A stretch of DNA of 62,876 nucleotides, counting the filler, from Corallochytrium limacisporum Hawaii (lineage: Eukaryota > Protista > Pluriformea), in the NCBI GenBank assembly GCA_002811645.1. It is 3 parts of 3 records of this genome, joined end to end, with 100 filler letters (N's around TTAATTAATTAA, not from the genome) between each part and the next. Parts side by side here need not be neighbours in the genome. Positions count along the whole stretch, not along the records: positions 1 to 20,892 come from PDIP01000154.1; 2 more parts are not named here. One strand, 5' to 3'. Below, in pieces: positions 1 through 10,100 of this stretch. The translations under genes and the position numbers were made by a program. Every line of letters begins with the position of its first letter. The stretch's first letter is position 1. The notes under the pieces are model-generated. The model made no database searches and was not told the DNA's origin. It saw only the letters and a program-made list of their open reading frames with translations.

Positions 1-1053
1 CCCTCCTTATATTTCGGTGCATGTTTTTAGGCAGATTCCTCCTTAACTTATGGGGCAGAGGTTGGTAGAGTTTGGTGCGGAGAGCGGAAATGGGCATTTG
101 GGAAGGGGGCGGTGAGTCATTCTACTTGGCCCCTCACCCAAATCTTTCGCGCTTCGCGCTCACCCCCCGATATTCGATTGGCTGGTGCCTTTCTCTGCTG
201 CCATCTTCCTTCTGTCTGATTTTCCAACCATCCGATGTTGGTGGGAGGGACGAGGAGCATGCTATGCTAAGGCTTCCGATGGTGATTGACCAGGGGCCCA
301 GGAGGCTTTCATTCCGCAGTCTCCTTCTGTCAGAGAACGGAGAGAGCTGGCAGCTCAAAATTTCCCAGTGGGGATCCGCCCCCACCCCGGGGGGCCGGGA
401 GAGGGGACTCTCCATCACACAGCTCACGGCAGAAAGCAAAAAGAGAATCCCTACATCAGAATTAAACCTGATAACCTCATTTAACAAATTGACATTCACC
501 GTGTTAAAATTAGCGTTCGGTCGAGGGGAGAGATGGTGAAGGAGGTGACCGGCAGTGGTAGCAGGGAAGTGCAGCGTGATGGGTAGTTTTACTTCCTTTG
601 CGAACGGCCCGTGCGTTTTGCGGGCTTTTCACCACTCTACACAGTGATTGTGTCCCAGTGTAATCTCTTACCGGCGGACCGGTACGTCTGGTTCCCCCAC
701 TGTCCAGTTGTGCGCGTGCGTAGGGATACAGAGCGAAACAAGTGGGGAGCGGATGAGTTGTCGGTCGACAGGCACCGATGCGGCCCTGCTGATAAGCATT
801 GGATCGCTCACCGAGTGTTGTTCTCCCTCTGCCTCCTTTGTCGTTGTCTGTGGGGTAGTTTGCGACCCCAGTGCAGACAATTCGGACGCAAATGAGGTAG
901 GGCGCGCGACCACAACTGTCACCTCAGCGAGTTCTAGTAACCGCTTGACTCTACTGTCTCTGCTAATGGTAAATCAATGTCGAACTGGATCGGAACACTG
1001 GCGGGAATTAGACACCCAACCATTCGACGATAGACACAGCTCGATTCCTACAA

Positions 1054-2334
1054 ATGTCTGGTCTGATCAAATGCACTGGCCTGCGCAACTCAGCGGTCCG
1101 AGGCGCTGTGCGGCCCACTGCTGCAGTGCTCGCCCACAACCGCCGCAGCTTTACTTCGGACAACCTCACGCAGTTCTTTGGCTTTACCGAAATTCAGAAG
1201 GATCTTTCCTTGGCCACGGAGAGGTTCGGCGAGAAACACATCAAACCAATTGCGGCCGAGGTTGACCGAAAGGACGAGTTTCCGATGCACCTTTGGAAAG
1301 AACTCGGCAACGCCGGTTTACTCGGGGTTACAGCTCCGGAAAAATACGGTGGCCTGGGTCTGAATTATATGGACCACGTTGTGGTCCTAGAACAGTTCGG
1401 ACGGTACTCATGCGCGATCGGTCTGTCGATCGGTGCCCATTCCAATCTTTGCATCAATCAGTTGCGCCTGAATGGCTCGGAGGCGCAGATGGAAAAGTAC
1501 CTACCGGACCTGTGCGCAGGTGACAAGGTCGGAGGACTGGCCATGAGTGAGCATGGCAGTGGCAGTGACGTGGTTAGTATGTCTATGCATGCAAAGCAAG
1601 ACTCCAATGGTGACTTTATCCTCAATGGATCCAAGATGTGGTGCACCAACGGGCCGATTGCCGACACATTGATCGTCTACGGTAAGACTGAGCCGGACAA
1701 AGGGCCCCATGGCATCACCGCGTTCATCATTGAGCGTGGCATGGAAGGCTTTAGCAACGGCATTCGAGTGGACAAGTACGGACATCGCGGCAGTCCGACC
1801 GGTGAGTTGGTCTTCGAGGACTGCCGCGTACCCAAGGAGAACGTCTTGGGTGGTGTAAACAAGGGCGTCAAGGTGCTGATGAGTGGTCTAGACTACGAGC
1901 GTGTGACTCTTGCTGCCATGCCTGTCGGCCTGATGAGCAGCGCCCTGGACTACTGTGTCCCTTACCTCCATGAACGCAAGCAGTTCGGACAGGAGATTGG
2001 TGCGTTCCAGCTCATGCAAGCCAAGTTGGCAGCTCTCTACTCTAAGACCATGGCCATGCGCAGCTACATGTACACCGTCGCGCGTGCGTGTGATGATCCC
2101 ACAGTCGATCGACGCAGTCTGCGGAAGGACGCGGCCTCGCTGATTCTGATGGCGGGCGAAATGTCCGTGGAATGCGCGAGCGATGCAGTGCAGATCTTTG
2201 GCGGCAATGGCCTGACCAATGACTATCCAGTTGGTCGTTTGCTACGCGACTGCAAGCTGTACACCATTGGCGGAGGCACGCACGAAATGCGACAGATGCT
2301 GATCGGCCGAGAGATCATGCAGGACTCCAGGTAG
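1054..2334 (+). CDS. IVD: Isovaleryl-CoA dehydrogenase, mitochondrial (acyl-CoA dehydrogenase family)
   Basis: 426-aa ORF with transit-like N-terminus; motifs LSIGAHSNLCINQL, GLAMSEHGSGSDVVSM, LNGSKMWCTNGP, GLDYER, RKQFGQ, GGNGL, LLRDCKLYTIGGGT typical of IVD. Confidence 0.93.
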   Translation: MSGLIKCTGLRNSAVRGAVRPTAAVLAHNRRSFTSDNLTQFFGFTEIQKDLSLATERFGEKHIKPIAAEVDRKDEFPMHLWKELGNAGLLGVTAPEKYGGLGLNYMDHVVVLEQFGRYSCAIGLSIGAHSNLCINQLRLNGSEAQMEKYLPDLCAGDKVGGLAMSEHGSGSDVVSMSMHAKQDSNGDFILNGSKMWCTNGPIADTLIVYGKTEPDKGPHGITAFIIERGMEGFSNGIRVDKYGHRGSPTGELVFEDCRVPKENVLGGVNKGVKVLMSGLDYERVTLAAMPVGLMSSALDYCVPYLHERKQFGQEIGAFQLMQAKLAALYSKTMAMRSYMYTVARACDDPTVDRRSLRKDAASLILMAGEMSVECASDAVQIFGGNGLTNDYPVGRLLRDCKLYTIGGGTHEMRQMLIGREIMQDSR

Positions 2335-2597
2335 AAGTAAGAAGCACAATAGCCAGAACCTGATGCATCTCGTGTTAACTCGCCAAGTTTAACACTGTCA
2401 TCATTATGAACCAGTTAGTCAATACACAAAGGCTTTGTACAATTTCGGTAGCCATCAAACTATCAAATGTGTCGTGACAGGTGTGGTGTATTTTTATTTA
2501 AAGGGTTTTGAATACGTGTTGCACCGTGCACTGGTCCCTTCTCTGATCATCGGTTTGTTCGTTTCTGGGTGAGTTTGGTTTGAAATTGATTCTATGC

Positions 2598-3578
2598 TCA
2601 GGGGCACCACTTGGCGGGTCGCTTCTCTAAAAACGAGCTTACACCTTCCTTACCGTCCGGCGTAGCTCGCACGTCAGCCAGCAACCGTGCGGTGTCCTTC
2701 ACCACGTCCATCTCAATGGGGCGATTGTAAACCGTGTAGATCAGTTCCTTGGCTGCACCTGCAGCTGATGGGCTCACCTGCAATAATTCGGCCTCGTAGC
2801 GTTCCCGCACACTCTGCAGATCGGCCGGGCTGTCCGCGACCTCATGAAGCATGCCAATCTTTTCAGCAACATCAGCTCCGAATCGCTCACCAGTAAGGAA
2901 GAAGCGTGTGGCATTACGCTTGCCAATCGCACCAATGACATAGGGAGAGATCGTGGCGGGTGTGATGCCGAGACGAACTTCACTATAACCGAATTTCGCT
3001 GTCTTGACACCGACCGCGATGTCACAGACGCAGACCAGGCCAGCGCCTCCTCCAATACCAGCACCATTAATGAGGCCAACAACGGGGACCGGAACGCGTG
3101 CAATTTGGTTCAGCATCTTTGAGAAATTTACAGCTGCTTCATAGTTCTGTTCTTTGGAGTTCAAGGCCCCCTGCTTCATCCAGTTGAGATCCGCTCCGGC
3201 GCAGAAGCTCTTGCCCTCGCCAGTGAAGAAGACGCCACGGAGCTCGTGCTTTTCGGCCATCTCCCGCACGGTGCGGAAGCACTGGTCGAGGCCATCGATT
3301 ACTGCCTGGGACATGGCATTGTGATGCTTGGGATTGGTCAGCGTGACAGTGGCAAATCCGACACTGTTGACCTTCAGATTCACACTGTCATTGCCGGACT
3401 CGTGAACAATACTCGAGCCAGATGAATACATCCGACGGCAACCAGTAGCAGCACTGGACAAGGTGGCACGAGCTGCAATGTGCTGGAAGTTCGCTCCGGT
3501 GCTGCTTATGGCGGAAGCACCGCGGAAAGCTACAAGTCTACAAGCCATGGTGAAATTCAGATGCCCTAACCGTACCAT
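2598..3578 (-). CDS. Enoyl-CoA hydratase/crotonase, most like methylglutaconyl-CoA hydratase (LiuC/AUH type), mitochondrial; alternative start at 3548
   Basis: Motifs FCAGADLNWM, GAGIGGGAGLVCVCD, FGYSEVRLGITPATISPYV, EGVSSFLEKRPAKW; Ala/Arg/Ser-rich presequence. Confidence 0.85.
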   Translation of the reverse strand: MVRLGHLNFTMACRLVAFRGASAISSTGANFQHIAARATLSSAATGCRRMYSSGSSIVHESGNDSVNLKVNSVGFATVTLTNPKHHNAMSQAVIDGLDQCFRTVREMAEKHELRGVFFTGEGKSFCAGADLNWMKQGALNSKEQNYEAAVNFSKMLNQIARVPVPVVGLINGAGIGGGAGLVCVCDIAVGVKTAKFGYSEVRLGITPATISPYVIGAIGKRNATRFFLTGERFGADVAEKIGMLHEVADSPADLQSVRERYEAELLQVSPSAAGAAKELIYTVYNRPIEMDVVKDTARLLADVRATPDGKEGVSSFLEKRPAKWCP

Positions 3579-4262
3579 GTCCTACATCGTATCAGACACG
3601 CCATTCGTATGCCAGGGGCATGCACCACCGGTGTGCACTCAGATATAGCCTGAGGCCGTTCAGAAAGTACATGCACACTGATTTCCTGGGCACGGCTATA
3701 AACGAAGCAAACTTCACGCACGCACGTACACAACACAGACAACGCACGCGCACCACAAGCACCCAAAACAACGGCAAACACACCAGCCTTCTCGCAACCC
3801 GATAGGCTTCAGGTCCCGTGCTTTCCACAGCACCGTCGTTTATTCGTATTTTCCCATATTTTTCTTTTTCTCATTTGTGTTCTGCGCAATCTCTGGGCCT
3901 CTCGCCATCCTTCCACCCTGTGTGTACTGGTGCCAATACGCGGGCCCCTCCCTTCCCCTTCACCCCCTCCCCTCTTTCCCTGTGTTCCCGACCCACCCAC
4001 CGCCGTGTGTGTTGCTCGCTTGCCTTTCCCACAGTGTCTCAGGCCCTGCCCATGTTTCCCGGGGCGCACCGTGATTTAGTGTGGCCCGTCCGAGAGTGCG
4101 AATTCGGGTGCACGACTTGCCTCCCGGTGCGCCTACATGATCTCCACGGCTTGTCTCGTGATCAGCTGTGCACTTCAGTGGATAATATTTGTACTGCTTT
4201 TAATATCAAGATGAGTTCCAAACTGTAACCAATAGCATAGACCGTCCGTGTCGCTTTCTGTT

Positions 4263-6161
4263 TCAGTCGACAATGACAGTCGCACCTGCCATGAGCAGCC
4301 AGCAAATCGCGCCAACTACGTAGATACCACTGGCCAGAGAGAAGACAAGCACCCAAGAATGCGTGGTGGCCAGCATCCATCCAGTCAGGTACACACCAAT
4401 GATGCCGGGTATCGTCGCTGAGGTGTTGCCCATTGCAAACACTACGCCTGCATAGCGGGGAGCAATGTCCAGCTGACTGATACTCACACCAACGAACGTG
4501 AACGCATTCGCAGCCAGTGCAAACGTAACGCATACCATGCCTGCCACCGCAGTGTGTGCGACAAAGGCGGCAAAAAGTAGAAACACCGCTGGACCGAGCA
4601 TGCCTACGCTCTGCGCAATGTGCCGCACCGTCAGCACCGAGTACCCGCGGCTGATCATGCCATCGGCCCACAGTCCAGCGACGATGCCCATAACCCCTTG
4701 TACCGCAAACGGCAGGATGGCATAATATCCCACATTCTCCACGTCCACGTTGTACTGTTCGTGATAGTAGGCGGGGAGCCAGCTGAGCAGCACATAGGTA
4801 CCCCAGCCGTTGCAGAAATGATTGATGAGAATGGCCCAGACTTCTCTTCGGCTGAGCAGTTTGGCCCAGGGGACGGTATAGGCCAGGCCTTCTGGCGATG
4901 ACGGCGATGCAATCGGGCTGTCGGCCCGCGGATGTTGGCCGTACTCGTCAACGTCTGGATGTGCGCTGCGGTCATGACGGCCGAGGTCTCTCGCAGAGCG
5001 CTGACGCATGAGCTGCGGATCCTCATCATCATCTGCCTCGTTCACACCGTTGCCATTGTAGTTCTGTTCAAGAGGCGCACCGTCCATCTGGTCCTCGTCC
5101 TCATCGTCGCCAACCAGTGGTTGGTAGTCACCTCCGGAGCCACCAGAACGCCCACCATTAGTCGTACCGATCTTCCCCCAGTACCCTCGCTCACGCTCTT
5201 GCTCAGATTGCAGCCGCTGCTGGGTGTGCTCATGCTGAATGTAGAGCAGCTCACGGTCGGATATGGTCGGATGACCCTGCGGCTGGGACGTGCCATGACG
5301 GTGCCAGGGAATATTCCAGACTAGGCCTAATGTACCGAAAACGTAAAAAATCCACCGCCAATTTGCGAACGTTAACAGCAGTGCAGATACAAGATTCGCC
5401 AGGACCTGCCCGGCGTAGCACGCAGCCGTGACAAGGGCGACTGCTCTGCTCTGTTCTCGCTGTGGCATCCACTTGGCAATGACTGAATGGATGGCGGGAT
5501 ATGCCAATCCCTCACCAACTCCCAACATTGAGCGGCAGAAGAGGAGGACGCCGAAATTGATATCTGCAGCCGCAGGAGTCAGAACAGTTATCAAACTCCA
5601 AGCGATGCTACCAAACGCTAAAACGTACCGTCCACCGAACCGATCGGCCAGGAATCCTCCAATGATGTTCGCGACGAGGTAGCCCCAGAAGAAGGAGCTG
5701 AAAACCAGACCTTTCTTGGTGTCATCCCATCCGTACTCGGGTGCCATGGCCTCAGCAGCGATGCTAATGTTGCTTCGATCGGCGTAGCAGACTAGGATCG
5801 CCAATGCACACAGGATTACCACAATGTACCGGCGCGGAAAGTAGGCGGTCAGGGGGAGATCGAGTTCGTAGTCGACAATTTCGCAATTAATGTCCATCGC
5901 TGTGCTGCCATCTCCGTCACCATACGCGGACCCGAAGCCTCGCGGACTACCTAGCATGCCTAGGTCCAGCGGTGAGGCGGGCATGCCTCCTTGAGATTCG
6001 CTGAGGGTCCTGTGCAGTAGTGGAAACTCCGGCACGTCGTACTGTACGATGCTGTCTTGTCCGCCGCTTGTTCGCGGTGACCGATCTATTCCTCCTGTGC
6101 CTGCTAGGCTGTCATTGGAGCCCCTCGCTTTCAGGATCGGGCTCTCTGCGTCCGAAACCAT
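4263..6161 (-). CDS. MFS anion:cation symporter (SLC17/sialin/PHT4-like)
   Basis: Motifs CYADRSNISIA, SSFFWGY, GGFLADRFGG, GEGLAYPAIH, WLPAY, DIAPRYAG; multiple hydrophobic helices with a long central loop. Confidence 0.9.
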   Translation of the reverse strand: MVSDAESPILKARGSNDSLAGTGGIDRSPRTSGGQDSIVQYDVPEFPLLHRTLSESQGGMPASPLDLGMLGSPRGFGSAYGDGDGSTAMDINCEIVDYELDLPLTAYFPRRYIVVILCALAILVCYADRSNISIAAEAMAPEYGWDDTKKGLVFSSFFWGYLVANIIGGFLADRFGGRYVLAFGSIAWSLITVLTPAAADINFGVLLFCRSMLGVGEGLAYPAIHSVIAKWMPQREQSRAVALVTAACYAGQVLANLVSALLLTFANWRWIFYVFGTLGLVWNIPWHRHGTSQPQGHPTISDRELLYIQHEHTQQRLQSEQERERGYWGKIGTTNGGRSGGSGGDYQPLVGDDEDEDQMDGAPLEQNYNGNGVNEADDDEDPQLMRQRSARDLGRHDRSAHPDVDEYGQHPRADSPIASPSSPEGLAYTVPWAKLLSRREVWAILINHFCNGWGTYVLLSWLPAYYHEQYNVDVENVGYYAILPFAVQGVMGIVAGLWADGMISRGYSVLTVRHIAQSVGMLGPAVFLLFAAFVAHTAVAGMVCVTFALAANAFTFVGVSISQLDIAPRYAGVVFAMGNTSATIPGIIGVYLTGWMLATTHSWVLVFSLASGIYVVGAICWLLMAGATVIVD

Positions 6162-7168
6162 TGTTCGTTTTGCAACTTGGGTTTTGTTGTGGTGTTTTAC
6201 TTTCTAGCCTAAATATACAGCCTATCACTCATTAATTCATGTCATGCTTAACCAAACCTGAGTTCCATCTCCCTGAACTATAGGGTAATCAGCAGTTTGT
6301 TCTTTACCGGGCTCTTTGTACCATAGCCGTCAGCTTTCCTTTGAGACTCAGACAGTCCTTAGTTTCTTTACATTCACCTTATAACCGAGTAAACTTTCGA
6401 AGCTGTCTGTGCAGTCCGTTCCCAAATACCTTTCCGTTTCATGGACACCCTCGTCCAACTTTTTCTGCTGGCGTTGTCCATTCCCAGTGAAACAACGGGA
6501 GAGACCCAAAGACACCCACACACACACAGACATACACACCCAAATCCAAAACCGGTTCCGTCCCGACCCATCCATTAAGGGAGCCATCTATTACAGGGGC
6601 GTTCCGGCAGGTACATTGGCTTACGGATCCCCCTCAGACTCCGGTCCCCTCGCATTTGCTCGCTGGTCTCGTTCTCCTTTTCCTGTGTGCGATTATAACC
6701 TACCCACCCACCCCTTTCCTTTCTTTTTTTCTGCTTGCTCCCTGTCTTCGGCTCCTCCGCCCCCTTCCCCCCCCCCTCCCCTCCTCCCTTTCGGCTGCGG
6801 CCCCTCACCCGGCCAAGGGGGTTGGCCCGACAGTCCGGAGAGAGAGTGTGTGTTGTGTTTCCCTTTTCGCTTTTTAAATTTTCTTCCTTTCCACCCCTCC
6901 TCTTCGCTTTCCAGGGTTTCCTCCCCTCAACACCGGGGAAAGACTGGACTGGGGAAAAAATTTCCTCAGACCGGCATCACAGAAGAAACAAAGGCAAAGA
7001 GCGAAATTACCATGTTTTTATCTTTCAACAAACAAAATGAGCCCCAACATCTCTCCAAGCAAGAGCCATTACCTATCTTCAGAAGTTCAACATGACAACA
7101 AAAGTCAAGGACACGAACAACCACAATGTCCAAGTGTTCTAGTGGACCATGCCGGACTAGACAGGTCC

Positions 7169-10100
7169 TCAACGCCGCTTTCGTCCAGAACTACTGTCGT
7201 TTCGAGGAGGCAGGGGAGGCGGCGCCTCCCTCGCCATCCTCGGCGGCAACGGTGGTGTAGAGCCACTCAGACTGCCGCCACCGCCAACACTTCCTGCCCC
7301 ACGGGGAGGTGGTTGAGGAATGTTCGAATAGTCGGGGACAATCGTTGATGTGCCGCTGACGCCACTGCCAACGCGACTCTCCAAATCACCACTGCCGATG
7401 TCGTAGTTGCCAAACATTGGACTGTTTCGGTGCGCTTTTGTAACGGACATGGCGCTGTGCACGCTGGTCACGCTCTGCACGCTCTGGCCCGACTGGCGAT
7501 GGGGTGGGGTCGGGCTCGACGACATTCCCCCGGAGGACTGCTGTGACACGGGCATGTGGTGCATCTTCTGCGCGCCCAGTGCTTGCGAACGCGGGGCAAA
7601 CATGTCCTGGAACAGAGTCACGGCGGCATCGAAGCGCGTTGTGGGCAATGGCGCGGCAACGGGATGGAATGGAGGCGTGGACTGCGCCTGCGTCTGCGGT
7701 GGTGGCTGTGGCGGTGCCATCGTCGGTGACGGAGCCATGTACTGGCGTTGGGGCACCGGTGGGGGACGCGGCGGTGGCTGGAACGGAGGTACAGCGCTCG
7801 TGCTCGGTGTTTGACGCTTGCCGTCCACCAGTACACCATCCCGGGACGGTACCACGAAGTGGTAGTCCGTGCCGCGGGACGGGGAGGCGCGCTGTTGGCT
7901 CTGGACGTGAGGGGGAACAAAGTTGTAGTACACCTGCTCCTTCTGCTGTTGTTCAGATTGCCGCTGCTCACTGGGGTTGTAGCGGCGTTGGGCGTGGTGG
8001 TGGTTGCGCCGTGGAGGGACAAAGTTGGCATAGTCATTGCTATTGTTTTGGACCTGCTCAGTCTGGTCATAGGTATTCTCCGTGACCGTCTCTTCGTTGG
8101 CCGGCTTGACCAACTGGTAGTTGATGTAGTCTGACCCTTGCTGCTGGTATTGCTGCAGACTGGCCACGGTACCGCGGTAGGAGTCCGTTCCTCTGCTCGA
8201 TGGTGCGGTGGTCGTCGTGTCGCTGAGGTTGCCATAGATGGACTCTGGTGTCTTGCTGATGCGGTGGTGTGGGCTCTGATACTTGATAATGGACTTGAAT
8301 TGAACGTAGTCGGACGTTTGGTCTGAGACGACAGACTTGAGAGCATCGCTCTCGAACCATGGATGGCCCAGAACCTCCATCATGGTCAGGCGCTGGCTCG
8401 GACGTACACGCATCATCCACGTCAGGAGCTCCTTGAGTTCGGTGCTCAGGGTCTTACCCTGGCCTTTGTCAAAGTTTGGTCTCCATCCCTCCGGCTCCGG
8501 TCGTGCGCGCCACGTGCCGTGCCGTCCACTCCGGCTGCTCAGGGTGCCAAGACTGTTGCGCGGTCCATTGGCCGCAAGCTGGTTCTGGGCAATGAACGGT
8601 TTGTACGGATGCTCCTGGTCGCCAAGAGAACCGTTGGGGCTGTCCGAGGAATTGGTGTTGCCGTTGCCTGCTTCCTCGGAGCTGCGCCGTCCACTGCTGA
8701 CCGGCTCCTGCGGGCCTCCAGGGCCGTACTCAAGCTCAAGCTCCTTCCACGGACGGAATTCGCCGTGCTTGACCGGCAGTGAGCCGACCACGGCCCAGTA
8801 CATCATCGCACCCACGCTCCAGACATCCACGGCGAGTGAATAGCCCCTGCGTTTGGCCTGCTGGCGACTGTTGAAGCCGGAATCGTCGTCTCCGTCCTCA
8901 GCGGTTGCTTCATTCTCACGGCGTTCACGACTGCGGTCCCTGGCGCCGGCCAGCGGTGCATAAGTGGGTTCCACTCCCATGAACATTTTGTAGACAATTT
9001 CCGGGGCCAGGAAGGCTGGTGTTCCACACATGGTCTGCATTTCGTTGCTTTCAGTGGCACGAGCGAGACCGAAATCGGCAATTTTAACGCACCACTCCTT
9101 GACTGGCGCGTTGCGATCGCGAGCAATGAGAATGTTGGCGGGCTTCAGGTCACGGTGGCAGATGTTGTTCTCGTGGAGATAGGCGACTCCGATGCAAAGC
9201 TGGCCAAAGACAATGGCCACGTCCTCCTCGGAGAGGAAATTGTCCTTCTGGCGTCGCTCCCGTAACTCCTCGTCCAGGTTTCCTCCGCTGACGTACTCCA
9301 TGACAATCTTCATGGTGTCCTTGTCCTCAAATGCTGACTTGAAGCGGATAATGTTCTGATGATCCAGTTTGCGCATAATCTTAATCTCTCGCTTGACATC
9401 CTCGAGAACACGTGGCATGTCTCTAAATCCGCCTTTGTGGATGCACTTGACGGCGTACGTCTCGTTCGTGTCCTTGTGCAAACAGACTTTGACCGTGCCA
9501 AACTGGCCCTGACCGAGAACCTTGCCTTCGTCCTTAAAGTACCGATCGTACAGTTTGCCATCCTGGATGCCGTCCTTGACCTTGCGCGCCTGATCTTCCG
9601 CACGTTGCCCTCCGGCCACACCCAGACGATTTAGTCGCGTGCGCTGGGGCATGGGGGGCACCTGCTGCATCGATGCCGTCGTCGGTAGTTGCTGGTGCGA
9701 CTGTTGCGACGACGGTAGGCGCAGGCTTACGGTGGGGGCAACTGTAGCCCTGGGGAGGGCGGTGGTGGTGGTGGTAGCGGGGACGACCTGCGTGCTGGTG
9801 GTGGTACTTACGCTGCCATTGGCACTGGCATCAACACTGCCACCTTCACTGCCACTGCCATCACTTACCGAAACGCTGGCGTCCTCGCAGCTGACAATGA
9901 GCATGCAGCACTTCTTATGAGCCAGGCGACCACAACTGCGACAGACGTACGCCTGATCGTTCAGACCCCAAATGTAATCCTCGCAGTGGTCACACATCAT
10001 TTCGTGTTTCAGAGCCATTTTGTGGAAGCGGTGGCCATTGTCGACTCCCGGGTCCATTTCCAGCGGTTCGCCCCATTCCACTCCGGCCTTCTCAGCGGCC

